From: a virus
Lineage: Duplodnaviria > Caudoviricetes
Strand: one strand, 5' to 3'
Virus record (IMG/VR): IMGVR_UViG_3300036987_000111
Location: 1-57,297 of that record
DNA: 57,297 nucleotides
The notes under the pieces were generated by a model. It did not search any database. It saw only the letters and a program-made list of their open reading frames with translations, and was not told the origin of the DNA. Positions 8,845 through 18,434 of the stretch are shown here, one piece after another. How positions within the stretch are numbered: the stretch's first letter is position 1; every line of letters starts with the position of its first letter. Made by a program: the position numbers and the translations under genes.

Positions 8845-9713
8845 GGAAGTACCAACCCTCCAACACAAACATTCGCTGAACCATTGATAACGGCAACTCC
8901 CGTACCTGCAATATTCTTATTGATGCGACGTATCCAAGAAGGAAGATCCCCAACCGTCGCGCCAGAGACAACACGCTCTTTAACTTGCAACAAAGGGAAA
9001 CCTCTGTATAATCCATCTTTCGCTGAGTATATTTGCGCATTGTCTGTATGTGTTGATGATATCACATGGCAGAATTCACAAGCAACTTCATCTGTTCGCA
9101 GGGCTTTCATGCTCGTTATTGTTGTGTGAGAAAACCCGGTATTCGTCACATCAACCTGTGGACCGGCATTACTAAGTAGACAAGCCCAAGGCTTCGCCAA
9201 CGAATCACATGCTGTTAATTTACCACAAAAGATGCCAATCGAATTATTAGCAATCCAATTTCCCGCACCTAAATTGTCAGACAAAATCAAAAAATTCTCA
9301 TCATCTGCCCAGGCATGAAAAGTTGTCGGAGAGGCATTGACCACCAACACCATGATTCCCGTATTAACCGAATCATATACCAGAGTTCCGGCATTCCAAT
9401 TTCCTTTGGGAGCAGCGACAAAATTAATTCCTGTCAATCCGCCAGCATATCCTGCAACTGCCCCATTTGATGTTCGATATCCAAACAGAACCTCCTGTTT
9501 TGTCGCATCTGCCCATGCGGTCTGGCATTGAACTCGAAACCAATCACCATTTGCGGCGCTACCCTCAGAAGTCCAGGTACCGCTAGAACCTACAACTCTC
9601 CATTGATCATAGAAAGCCCCGCCAACCGAGAATAATTCAAATAGACGAAACAAGAAGGCTCTATAGTTGTTTCCTGCCAACGTTGTATTATTTTTGCTTA
9701 CTGTTACTGCCAT
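8838..9713 (-). CDS. putative virion structural / tail-fibre-associated protein
   Basis: Gly/Ala/Thr/Trp-rich composition, adjacent to a fibre-like gene. Confidence 0.45.
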   Translation of the reverse strand: MAVTVSKNNTTLAGNNYRAFLFRLFELFSVGGAFYDQWRVVGSSGTWTSEGSAANGDWFRVQCQTAWADATKQEVLFGYRTSNGAVAGYAGGLTGINFVAAPKGNWNAGTLVYDSVNTGIMVLVVNASPTTFHAWADDENFLILSDNLGAGNWIANNSIGIFCGKLTACDSLAKPWACLLSNAGPQVDVTNTGFSHTTITSMKALRTDEVACEFCHVISSTHTDNAQIYSAKDGLYRGFPLLQVKERVVSGATVGDLPSWIRRINKNIAGTGVAVINGSANVCVGGLVLPW

Positions 9714-9724
9714 TTTTCCTTATC

Positions 9725-11338
9725 CTAAATTGGGGAATAATTGACCACATCCCCAAGTGTGCATAATTCCGGAACATCATAATTAATAATGCAAACACCA
9801 CCACCTGCTGCTGCAACCTGTTCATCCACATATTTTTTTGTTGCCAGATCACTATCGCTTACAGGATCAATTCCTCCAATCGTGCCCGTAAAGGAAATTG
9901 TTCCATCTTTTTTTACCAAGGCTTCATCCAGTGTTTCCAATGCTAGTTGTACATTCGAATCCAATGAAGATAAAATCTTGTCAAAATTGGTAGTATCGAC
10001 AAATATTGCCGAGGCTGGATGGGAATTTATATTTGCCAGTCCAGATAAAGAACTGTGCGATGTTGCAACATATGTTCCAGCCGGAAGATTGCTGATTGAG
10101 CGTAAATCTTGAATATCCACGAGACGGGCTTTGATTGCGTTTCCATATGCCGTTGAAGTTTGATAGATCAACCGATACAATACCTTAAATTCCTGAAAGG
10201 GCAAAGAGGCAAAAACCAAAGATTCGAATCTATTATTGTCTTGGGCGTTTGCCAAGGTTACATCAACCCTTTGACCCAAAACCGCAATAATCGGATTTTC
10301 TTGCAGGTCTGTCGCAAGAATCCAAACCGCAATATGACTGGTCTGTCCAGGATCGGCAACTGTCCAAGTTCCTGCGGTATCCAAATTATATCCGCATCTG
10401 CTGTCAGCAACATCATCATATGGCATCACTGGAAAGGTTGTTGCCGTTCTTCTCTGCCAGACTGGAGTTGATCCTGTCAAATATAGAATTGGAATTTCGG
10501 CAGGAATTGTTGTGTCCAATCCCAGTTCTTGTTCAAACGGGTTAGCGGGTGTTTCTGCCCGAACAATTCCAATTCGAATATCTTCGTCGAAAATTACCCC
10601 ACTGGTCAATGAGGTTTGAGCATGAGTATCCAAACTTCCATTGCCGGAAACAAGTTGTGCCAACGTCAAACCGGAAGCATATCGAGTACCAATTGTGCTA
10701 TGAGCATATTCATGGGTTTTCCAATCCATGACAATTCCATGTCTCTCATCTGCAACTCCAACGGTATCTGTACCATTCCAATAAATGAGAGCAACAAATG
10801 TTTCTGAAAATCCCTGGAATGTCGAATATTCTACCAATTCATCATTGATAAAGAAGATGAAATGAAGTCCAACGTCGTTTGAAATTGTGAGAGTTTTTGT
10901 CTCTGCTATAACAAATTTTTCGCCATAATAATAGATCGAGAAAGAATCCCCTGTCGGAGAGATTGAGAATTCCCGAGTAGTAGAATTAAAATTCATTACA
11001 CTATCTGTTCGATCAACAAAGCCTCGGATAAACCCATTAACCTCTTGGGTTGAATGATAATATTCGTCTGTTGTTCCACCCTGGAGATTTGTCAAATCGT
11101 TATGTTGATGGGAATGTAGAGAGGTTGCCCCGCCTTCGGTTAATGCTGAATGTTCCCCATCTGTCAGGTGAAAATATTCATCTTCTGTTCCTCCCTGAAT
11201 ATTCTGAAGGTCATTATGATTTGCCCCGCTAGAGCCACTTAAAGCCTTCTTATAGGCTTCGATGGCAATGATCTTGACGGTTGGTAGGGCTAGGGGATTT
11301 CTTTCGTCTAACCAGCGATTATCGAAAACTGACGGCAT
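9725..11338 (-). CDS. putative tail fibre / virion protein with His-containing repeats
   Basis: HNDL.N.QGGT.DEY.H repeated twice, ATKKYVD fibre-type motif, late motif CTAATTA at 11354-11360. Confidence 0.6.
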   Translation of the reverse strand: MPSVFDNRWLDERNPLALPTVKIIAIEAYKKALSGSSGANHNDLQNIQGGTEDEYFHLTDGEHSALTEGGATSLHSHQHNDLTNLQGGTTDEYYHSTQEVNGFIRGFVDRTDSVMNFNSTTREFSISPTGDSFSIYYYGEKFVIAETKTLTISNDVGLHFIFFINDELVEYSTFQGFSETFVALIYWNGTDTVGVADERHGIVMDWKTHEYAHSTIGTRYASGLTLAQLVSGNGSLDTHAQTSLTSGVIFDEDIRIGIVRAETPANPFEQELGLDTTIPAEIPILYLTGSTPVWQRRTATTFPVMPYDDVADSRCGYNLDTAGTWTVADPGQTSHIAVWILATDLQENPIIAVLGQRVDVTLANAQDNNRFESLVFASLPFQEFKVLYRLIYQTSTAYGNAIKARLVDIQDLRSISNLPAGTYVATSHSSLSGLANINSHPASAIFVDTTNFDKILSSLDSNVQLALETLDEALVKKDGTISFTGTIGGIDPVSDSDLATKKYVDEQVAAAGGGVCIINYDVPELCTLGDVVNYSPI

Positions 11339-11408
11339 AGGAATTCCTCAACTTAATTAGGGTGAAAAACTGTTTTTTGAAGTTGATTTATGAAGGAGGA
11401 TTGCTGAA

Positions 11409-12161
11409 CTATTTGCTGTTCTTGCGAGCGCGGGTTCTTTTTTCTTGCAAGAGTCTGCGAGAGATTCTTTTTGTGATTCGACGAACTAGTTCTTCGGTTA
11501 GAATTACTTTCCCTTTTACGGTTTTCTTTGTTACCGGAGTTTTCTTTGATTCTGCCAAAATCTTTTGACGCATCTCATGAAGACTCTTAGCCAATTCTTT
11601 ATTTCCCTTTTTCAGAAGATAGGAAATTGTTTCCTTAAGCATATCTGCTTCTTCTTCAGGAGAAGTTTCCCCTTCGACATCAGGAATTTCTTCTGCCATA
11701 TCTTCTGCTGGCACTTCGTCAACAATTTCTTCTTCCGGAGCGGCATCCAGATCGTCCATTTCACCGGCATCGTCCAGAGAAGGATCATCAACCTCAATAT
11801 CTACCCCGGTAATCTCTTCGATTGCATCGGTAATAGCCGCAACAAGATTCTTGACTTCTTCAGGATCCATTGCGACATCGGCAATGCTGGTTTCATCAGG
11901 CATATCTTCTACTGTTTCATCGGGAAGATCATCGGGAAGACCGGTATCAGCATCAGGAGGGGTTGTTTCATCGTCTAGACCAAAATCTTCATCAGCGCCA
12001 GTATCGGCAGGAAAATCCTCATCAACCGGAGGAAGATCATCCTTTTCGTCTTCTTCATTCACCATTCTCTGCATAAAACTTTCATTCAGGGGAACACCTG
12101 AAATTCTCGCAAACCGTTGTAGTTCTCTCTTTTCCAAGAGCATTCTTTTGTTGCTAGCCAT
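11409..12161 (-). CDS. highly acidic protein, possible head scaffold/internal protein
   Basis: D/E/P-rich low-complexity core with basic helical ends; AAGGAG SD; late motif at 12208-12215. Confidence 0.5.
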   Translation of the reverse strand: MASNKRMLLEKRELQRFARISGVPLNESFMQRMVNEEDEKDDLPPVDEDFPADTGADEDFGLDDETTPPDADTGLPDDLPDETVEDMPDETSIADVAMDPEEVKNLVAAITDAIEEITGVDIEVDDPSLDDAGEMDDLDAAPEEEIVDEVPAEDMAEEIPDVEGETSPEEEADMLKETISYLLKKGNKELAKSLHEMRQKILAESKKTPVTKKTVKGKVILTEELVRRITKRISRRLLQEKRTRARKNSK

Positions 12162-12192
12162 AAAACCAAATCTCCTTTGATATATCTAAAGT

Positions 12193-12483
12193 CTAAAACT
12201 TCACATTTAAATAGTGTTCTTCCTTAGAAAAAGCCCTTTGTTTTTCGATTTGATTCTTGAACAAAACTTTTTTCATCTTGGAAAGTGCCTTCTTCTCAAT
12301 CTGTTGGACCGCCACATGAGAAATTCCCAACCTCTGCCCGACCTCGCGAAGACTTAACGGACCGTGATTTTCTACCGTGATAAAAACACAATTCAAATCC
12401 TCTTCGCAGTTAATCCAATGGGGACAATTCTTATTGGGACAACTTACCTTCTTGCTCTTACATAGTTCTACACATTTTGACAT
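12193..12483 (-). CDS. Cys-rich domain fused to a sigma70 region-4-like HTH
   Basis: CVELC...CPNKNCPHWINC...NC followed by LSLREVGQRLGISHVAVQQIEKKALSKM. Confidence 0.75.
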   Translation of the reverse strand: MSKCVELCKSKKVSCPNKNCPHWINCEEDLNCVFITVENHGPLSLREVGQRLGISHVAVQQIEKKALSKMKKVLFKNQIEKQRAFSKEEHYLNVKF

Positions 12484-12492
12484 TTTTTCTCC

Positions 12493-12930
12493 TTAATTGG
12501 TTATGTCGTTATCGCAGCAATCTTCTTCTGAAATTTCTTCACCAAGGGCGAAATTTTCCATATCTGCTTTTATTCTGGCTTTCTCTACTCTATCATACGA
12601 TATCTTCCTGGATTTGACAACATTCTTTCTTCGAAGTGTCCGATTCAGAAACCTCATCAAATCTTCATCCTCAAGCAATAAACCTCCCAGGCAGGTTGCG
12701 ATTAACTGAGGTAAATGATTTCCATATTCAGTTATTTTAGATTTTGCATCAACATAGAATTTGAGAGGCAAATAGAATCCCAAGAAATATTGATCCCTCT
12801 GAAGTGCGTTATTTTCCTTGTCGTGAAATTCCTCCGAAACCTTCTCCAAATAGGGAGAAATATCCAATATATGCTGACTATTCTGAAATTTTGGAAGAAC
12901 TTCTTTCCTGTTTTTTGCTGTTTTTGGCAT
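12493..12930 (-). CDS. hypothetical protein
   Basis: 145 aa ORF in operon. Confidence 0.55.
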   Translation of the reverse strand: MPKTAKNRKEVLPKFQNSQHILDISPYLEKVSEEFHDKENNALQRDQYFLGFYLPLKFYVDAKSKITEYGNHLPQLIATCLGGLLLEDEDLMRFLNRTLRRKNVVKSRKISYDRVEKARIKADMENFALGEEISEEDCCDNDITN

Positions 12931-12932
12931 TC

Positions 12933-14441
12933 TTACAATTTCTCCGTCCTTCTGGACAATCCATGAGGGGTTGCTTCGATGATTCCGGAATTTGAGATTT
13001 TCACAAACCTTGCCTTCTTCTGAAACTCTGGAATATCTTTTGCACCAACATAAGACATTCCACTTCTCAGACCATCTAGCATAGAATTCAGGATGTTTTC
13101 AATTGGTCCCTTGTAGGGAACCAACATTGCAACTCCTTCTACATTCTTTTCTTTTTCGCCGCGATCAACCTTTGAACTGAGGCTTGCTGAACCTCTGTAA
13201 GTCTTCATTAAGGTTTCAGACCCCCAATCTCCGACTCTCTTTATAGAACCAGGAGATTCGTCAGTACCGGCAAAGAGATTGCCAATCATAACTCCAGAGG
13301 CACCTAATCCGATTGCCTTTACAATATCTCCAGGATATCGAATTCCGCCATCAGCAATAATTGGAATGTTGTTCTTTCTCGCGACCTCAATACAATCAAG
13401 AATTGCGGTTACTTGGGGAATGCCTACCCCCGCCATAATTCTGCTTGAGCAGACAGAATTGTGACATAACACCCCGAAAACATTATAAGAATTGTCATTC
13501 TCTACGTGTAGATCGTGAACCTTCCCTTCATAATGTTCAAAGGTAACAGAATCAATAGAAATTGGATTATATCCATTCCCTTCGATTTCACACAAAGAAT
13601 AATTTGACCATTCTCCCGGATTTGGATTCTGATACAGTCTCAAATTCTCTGCCTCTACCCAATTGCCAGAACCGGTTGTTGCAACCCAAAATTCATGATT
13701 CTTCGTGCAACGAATCTTATCATTGATTACACAAATTTCTTCGTTTTTATCATACTCAAACTTATGAAGAACCTTTTGAAGATTTCCTTTATGCGTCCAA
13801 ACTCTTTCACCTACCTCAATTTCTTCAATAGGTTTCATACCAAATTCAGTTTTAACCAAAGTTCCAGGAACAAAACAACCTCCACCTATGCCAAGTCTTA
13901 TGCTGTCAGCCCCCCATTTAATCAGGTCTGCCGCTGCTTCTTTGGTACATACGGAACCTGCCATAATGTGAATATTCCGATAACCGAACCCTTCATATTT
14001 TTGAATTGTTCGAATTGTATCCCGAACCATTGAATGATGCCCGTGGGCAACATCAATACAGAGAAAGTTAGCGCCAGCAGCAATTAATTCTCGAATTCTG
14101 ATTGCGTCGGATTTCTTTGATCCAACAGCGGCAGCAACAATTGAAGAAGTAGAAAGATTTTCTCGAAGTCTTCTAACACAATCGCATTGTTCATCCATTG
14201 ACATAAACCGATGAAGAATTCCCACCGCTCCCATTCTTCCCAATTCCAAAGCCATTTCATAGCCTGTCACGGAATCCATAGGGGCAGAAAAGATAGGAAC
14301 GGGAATATTCCAGTCTCCGAAATTTACATCAATATTGATGGAACTTCTTGTCTCGATTTCTGAATATTGAGGTACCAACTGAATATCATCATAGGTAAGC
14401 GCAGAATCACTGTTGACGATTTTTTTGCTTGAATTGAACAT
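12933..14441 (-). CDS. guaB: IMP dehydrogenase / GMP reductase family (no CBS domains), with intein
   Basis: LTYDDI.LVP, SAPMDSVT, IDVAHGH, GIGGG/SVCSSR, IADGGIR..GD, YRGSAS; probable start MFNSSK at 14441. Confidence 0.9.
   Translation of the reverse strand: MFNSSKKIVNSDSALTYDDIQLVPQYSEIETRSSINIDVNFGDWNIPVPIFSAPMDSVTGYEMALELGRMGAVGILHRFMSMDEQCDCVRRLRENLSTSSIVAAAVGSKKSDAIRIRELIAAGANFLCIDVAHGHHSMVRDTIRTIQKYEGFGYRNIHIMAGSVCTKEAAADLIKWGADSIRLGIGGGCFVPGTLVKTEFGMKPIEEIEVGERVWTHKGNLQKVLHKFEYDKNEEICVINDKIRCTKNHEFWVATTGSGNWVEAENLRLYQNPNPGEWSNYSLCEIEGNGYNPISIDSVTFEHYEGKVHDLHVENDNSYNVFGVLCHNSVCSSRIMAGVGIPQVTAILDCIEVARKNNIPIIADGGIRYPGDIVKAIGLGASGVMIGNLFAGTDESPGSIKRVGDWGSETLMKTYRGSASLSSKVDRGEKEKNVEGVAMLVPYKGPIENILNSMLDGLRSGMSYVGAKDIPEFQKKARFVKISNSGIIEATPHGLSRRTEKL
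13458..13877 (-). other. contiguous mini-intein (140 aa) in IMPDH
   Basis: GIGGG|CFVPGT...TKNH...VHDL.V..SYNV..LCHN|SVC; no endonuclease domain. Confidence 0.95.
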
Positions 14442-14943
14442 ATTCTTTTTTAATCTCCTGTAGATTTGCTGTTTCGAAAATTGGACCGTTTCTTTCTTTG
14501 TCTGGATTTGAACCATCAAAACAGACAATCATCGAAGGAAAAGGAGCGCAATGTTGTGCGCCAACAAACTTGACCCTGCCCTTCAAAAAGATGATTTTGT
14601 CTGCTTTCATGCAGGTTTCGTGGAAGACGCGACAATCTGTTCTCGCGGCAGTCAAATATATGCAAGTTGTGCGTTCTCCATCACAATGCTCATCATGACC
14701 CTTTTCTAACCACTTTTTAAGTTGACTGTAAGGAGGATTGCAGAAAACGCTTTCTCCCCACCAAGTTTGTTTAAGACCATCATCCTTCTCTGTAAAATAT
14801 TTCTCACACTTATGATTAAGATCATCGGCGCAAGGATCTAATGTAAATTTGTATTGCCTGTTTAACCATTCGTAAAGATATTCAGGAGTTTCCCAATTAT
14901 CTTTATTATTCTCAAACATCAGCGATTGTGTTCTTTTGTCCAT
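14407..14943 (-). CDS. phage DNA N6-adenine methyltransferase
   Basis: WETP, FTLDPCA, DGL.Q.W, FCNPPYS, ARTD, GRVKF, APFPS. Confidence 0.9.
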   Translation of the reverse strand: MDKRTQSLMFENNKDNWETPEYLYEWLNRQYKFTLDPCADDLNHKCEKYFTEKDDGLKQTWWGESVFCNPPYSQLKKWLEKGHDEHCDGERTTCIYLTAARTDCRVFHETCMKADKIIFLKGRVKFVGAQHCAPFPSMIVCFDGSNPDKERNGPIFETANLQEIKKEYVQFKQKNRQQ

Positions 14944-14947
14944 TTTT

Positions 14948-15685
14948 TTATCCTAAACCATCAAAAACCGAAGCAGGTTTGCGGTCTGTAGTGTAGCAAA
15001 TGGGAGGATTCCAAGGGCTTCCCTTCTTGAACTTCCAAGGGCGCTTAGGATATGATTGAGTTCTTTCCTTCTGTATAGTCTCAAGCATTTTCTTTAATTC
15101 TTCTAGAAGTTCAAGGTCTTCTAGTTTTTTTGTTTTTTCTTCCGGATTCTTATTTTCATCCTCAAGAAGAGAATCGATGGCGTTTGAAATTGTCTTGTTT
15201 TGCTCTTTGTCTTCGGACTTCTTGTTATCTGTGCTTCCGAAACCGCCAGAACCTCTTTCACTGATTGCAACTCGATCCTTGTATAGTTCTTCCGACGAAA
15301 CCTCATTCAACCTTGGGAGGATAATCGGATAGAATACCAGTTGAGCGATTTTATCGCCTTCATAGATTCTTCTTAGATCGTTGCTAGTGTTAATCAGATT
15401 AATCAGAATTTCCCCTTCATAACCCGAATCAACAATTGTTGCGCCAACAATTAACCCTATTTGCGCAAGACTTGACCGACATTCAACCCGACAAACATAA
15501 CCATGAGGAATTTCAACCTTAATTCCAGAGGGAAGAAGAACACTATCTCCTGGTGCAATCTGTACAAATTTGCATTCTGGTTGATTTGATTTTGGAACAA
15601 AAAATACATCCAAGCCTGCATCTGAAGGGTTTGCCCGAACAGGGCATCTCACGTTCTCTCTTACCTTCGCGACATTAATGAACAT
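14948..15685 (-). CDS. dut: dUTPase with C-terminal extension
   Basis: DAGLD, RSSLA, IVDSGYEGEI, IAQLV, RGSGGFGST. Confidence 0.95.
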   Translation of the reverse strand: MFINVAKVRENVRCPVRANPSDAGLDVFFVPKSNQPECKFVQIAPGDSVLLPSGIKVEIPHGYVCRVECRSSLAQIGLIVGATIVDSGYEGEILINLINTSNDLRRIYEGDKIAQLVFYPIILPRLNEVSSEELYKDRVAISERGSGGFGSTDNKKSEDKEQNKTISNAIDSLLEDENKNPEEKTKKLEDLELLEELKKMLETIQKERTQSYPKRPWKFKKGSPWNPPICYTTDRKPASVFDGLG

Positions 15686-15706
15686 CTTATCTCCTTCTTT
15701 GGGATT

Positions 15707-16735
15707 CTATCCCAACACTTTCATCTTCTTACTCAGAGGGAAACTGCGAATGCTCATTCCCCACTGTTCGTTGTAGTCTAATTTTGCTGCATAGATTTTG
15801 TTCAGACAAATTCTGTCTACCTTTGGATTATAGGACCAAACCCTAATGCTTGTCAATTGATTATTCGAATCTGTAACCTTAATCACAAGATATGGTTTCC
15901 CTTTCTTTGTGACCTTTTCTATGACCTCGCGAGGAACAAACCAACAAACTTGCAATTCAGGATCGTACTCGGATATCGGAGGAATTCGAAATCGATTCAG
16001 GTTATCTCTCATTTTGTTGTCCAGCACGAATTCCCATGGAAACTTCCCGGTCAAAGAGATAAGATTGTCAATCTTTTCTTCCTTTGAAAAACTTCCCTCC
16101 GGAGAAAAATTAACAATATTTTCTTCCAATTCTTTTTGTGTCTTTGGGCGACTGACAGCGACCGCGCTCCAAAAATGCTTATCTCCTGAGAATCGGGAAT
16201 CTATCAATCCATCCAAAGCCCTAGAACGACAAAGGACATCCAGAGACTTCTTGTTGAGTTTGGAGTAATCAATTTCTTCCCGGAAAAGCAAGTCTTCGGC
16301 AGAAGAAAATGGGCGATACTGCAAAATTTGTTCGATTGCCTTTTCTCCCAAGCCTTTTAGGGAAAGCAAGGGTTGAATCAGAGTGTTCCCTTCTCCAGAA
16401 CACCACTCCAGGCGTGACAGATTAATGTTTACGGGCTGTATTTCGAATCCGAGTCCCTGTACCAGTCCAATTGCGCGTTCTTTCTTTTCTTCGGATTCAT
16501 TGTTCAAAAACGCAGCAACCCAATGTTTTGCGTGATAATGAAGAAGATAGCCGCAAGTGTAGGTAATCATTGCATAACTTGTGGAATGGCTGTTTGAAAC
16601 AGAAATGTCGTTTGCAAAAAAAGTATGTTCTGGATGATCTATTTCCAGATCATAAGTCTCTTCCTCTTCGCAAGGAATTACTTCTGTAATAAAATCTTCT
16701 TCTGTTCCAAGTGATCTTCTATTCTTTTTAGACAC
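15707..16735 (-). CDS. dnaE: DnaE fragment 5 of 5: IntC4 (48 aa) + extein 5 (HhH and OB region, 294 aa)
   Basis: YDLEI..HTFFANDISVSN|SHSTSYA; VNINLS, SLKGLG, C-terminal OB-like region; GTG start after GGAGG. Confidence 0.92.
   Translation of the reverse strand: MSKKNRRSLGTEEDFITEVIPCEEEETYDLEIDHPEHTFFANDISVSNSHSTSYAMITYTCGYLLHYHAKHWVAAFLNNESEEKKERAIGLVQGLGFEIQPVNINLSRLEWCSGEGNTLIQPLLSLKGLGEKAIEQILQYRPFSSAEDLLFREEIDYSKLNKKSLDVLCRSRALDGLIDSRFSGDKHFWSAVAVSRPKTQKELEENIVNFSPEGSFSKEEKIDNLISLTGKFPWEFVLDNKMRDNLNRFRIPPISEYDPELQVCWFVPREVIEKVTKKGKPYLVIKVTDSNNQLTSIRVWSYNPKVDRICLNKIYAAKLDYNEQWGMSIRSFPLSKKMKVLG
16592..16735 (-). other. split intein 4, C-terminal half
   Basis: Blocks F/G ending ...SN|S; strongly acidic (13 D/E vs 4 K/R). 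Confidence 0.9.
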
Positions 16736-17724
16736 TCTTCAATTCCTCCATTAATCTCTGATTCCCATATTCTAACCAAACTCCAGTTGTTTTTCAACAA
16801 GAATTTCGACTTCCTTTTGTCATTCGCTAAATTGCGTACTTGCGGTTTATCTTTGCAGAAAAAGCCTAGTTCTTCATTGCAATGCCAATAATCCCCATCG
16901 ACTTCTATCGCTGTTTGAAGTTCTGGAAAGGCTATATCAATTGCATAAAATCCAAACACGTATTCCAATTTTGGATCTAAATTCCGCTGTACCAGGGATT
17001 CGAATAGGAGCCTTTGAGGTTTGGATATTTTATCTTTGTTGTTTGCAATTCTCTTTGCAGTTATTTCGCGAAGACGATCTTTTGTTTCTTCTGAATGTTT
17101 GTGTCCGGTGTGAGGGGAAACTTCTCGCGCCAACAAAGCAATTGACATTTTCTTTTTAATTTCTATTGCTTTTTCTTTCCCGAAAATTTCATCATAACTT
17201 TTCCCTTTCTTCCACTTGAGATATCCAGATTCAAGTGATTTATTTTTGCCAATTTTTATGTTTTTTAGCCACTTTTCCCTTGCTTCAGGATCGTTGATTG
17301 TTTTGAAGATAGGATTGTTTTCTCCCGTTCTTCCTTTTGATATTTTTTTAAGGCTATCATTAGTTTCTTTTGTCAACCCCAAATTCCAGATAACTTCTCT
17401 ATGCTCCGCGCATCTCTTAAGGGTTCTCTCTCCGGTCCAATTGCAATAAATCAAAAGCCCCAAATTCTTGATCTTTTTTTGTTCTTGCTCTCTTAAATCA
17501 CTTAGTTCTATCTGTTTATCACAAATATTGCAAACTCCATAGAATTTTTTAATAATTTCTTCTATGTTCCCTTCTACATGCTCAATTAATTCTTTGTGTT
17601 TTTGTCTGGATATCTCTGTCTGCCTTTCACTTTCTGAAAGCGAACGTACATGCCGTGCAAAAACCGAAGCAGAAAATTGCTTCTCGCAAACAGGGCAGAA
17701 AGCGGAACTTTTACTCTTTGACAT
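16678..17724 (-). CDS. free-standing Vsr/DUF559-like endonuclease with Zn-finger and NUMOD3-like motifs (EN4)
   Basis: CPVC, WNLGLTKE, GHKHSEETK, SKPQR, IDIAFPE..IEVDGDYWH, LVRIWESE. Confidence 0.85.
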   Translation of the reverse strand: MSKSKSSAFCPVCEKQFSASVFARHVRSLSESERQTEISRQKHKELIEHVEGNIEEIIKKFYGVCNICDKQIELSDLREQEQKKIKNLGLLIYCNWTGERTLKRCAEHREVIWNLGLTKETNDSLKKISKGRTGENNPIFKTINDPEAREKWLKNIKIGKNKSLESGYLKWKKGKSYDEIFGKEKAIEIKKKMSIALLAREVSPHTGHKHSEETKDRLREITAKRIANNKDKISKPQRLLFESLVQRNLDPKLEYVFGFYAIDIAFPELQTAIEVDGDYWHCNEELGFFCKDKPQVRNLANDKRKSKFLLKNNWSLVRIWESEINGGIEECLKRIEDHLEQKKILLQK

Positions 17725-17733
17725 TTTTTTCTC

Positions 17734-17771
17734 CTAGTTATGACTCAATTTCTTAAGTCATATATAACTAG
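17734..17771 (-). promoter_or_regulatory. RBS-overlapping hairpin containing the late motif, upstream of EN4
   Basis: CTAGTTATATATGACTTAA-GAAA-TTGAGTCATAACTAG(GAG). Confidence 0.7.
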
Positions 17772-17792
17772 TTGCGTGTGTAAAAAAGAAAC

Positions 17793-18434
17793 TTAGGTCT
17801 TTGATTTTGATTTGCAAATAATCGCAACTTTGGATTCAAGAATTTCTTCAAGGGTTTTCATTCCGTTTTTTGTTTGAAATTTATGATCCAGTGTACACTT
17901 AATTTCTCTTCCATTCTTTGTTTTAACCAGGAAAACTTTCTTCTTCCCGTTGCGATGTCTATCGATGACCCGAACCAATCCATTCGCAGATTCAACCTTA
18001 CTCCCAATTTGAACATCCTTAATTTTCTCTTTTTTCCCGTCTTCTAGTGTTACCAAGGTATCTCCGGACAAACACTTACAAAACGAATATTGACTAAATC
18101 GGTCAAGCATATCCCAAATAGCCAATCCGGTTTTCTCTGCAATCTTCTTCTCTCGACAGCCCTCAATAAATCGAATCTTGAACTTTTCCAACTTTTCTTT
18201 TGCTGGTCCAATGCCTCTTTTTGTCAGCAATTTTCGAACTTCATTTCCTTCTTCGAGGGATATGTTCTTCCCCAAGGTGCTGACCAACTGAGAAATTTGT
18301 TCCTGGAAAATGCAATTATGTACTATTAATCCATTAGCAACAAAATTGTGATTTTTTACAAGTTGCATATCATATACATCCTCTAATTCAGTCTGGATGC
18401 TGAGTCTTTTAATCTTGACAAACTTCAATTCCAT
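17793..18434 (-). CDS. dnaE: DnaE fragment 4 of 5: IntC3 (40 aa) + extein 4 (80 aa) + IntN4 (93 aa)
   Basis: ...NGLIVHN|CIFQEQ...FSQYSFCK|CLSGDT...TLDH. Confidence 0.92.
   Translation of the reverse strand: MELKFVKIKRLSIQTELEDVYDMQLVKNHNFVANGLIVHNCIFQEQISQLVSTLGKNISLEEGNEVRKLLTKRGIGPAKEKLEKFKIRFIEGCREKKIAEKTGLAIWDMLDRFSQYSFCKCLSGDTLVTLEDGKKEKIKDVQIGSKVESANGLVRVIDRHRNGKKKVFLVKTKNGREIKCTLDHKFQTKNGMKTLEEILESKVAIICKSKSKT
17796..18074 (-). other. split intein 4, N-terminal half
   Basis: Block A CLSGDTLV, block B CTLDHKF; strongly basic (22 K/R vs 12 D/E). Confidence 0.9.
18315..18434 (-). other. split intein 3, C-terminal half
   Basis: VYDMQL..NHNFVANGLIVHN|C. Confidence 0.92.
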
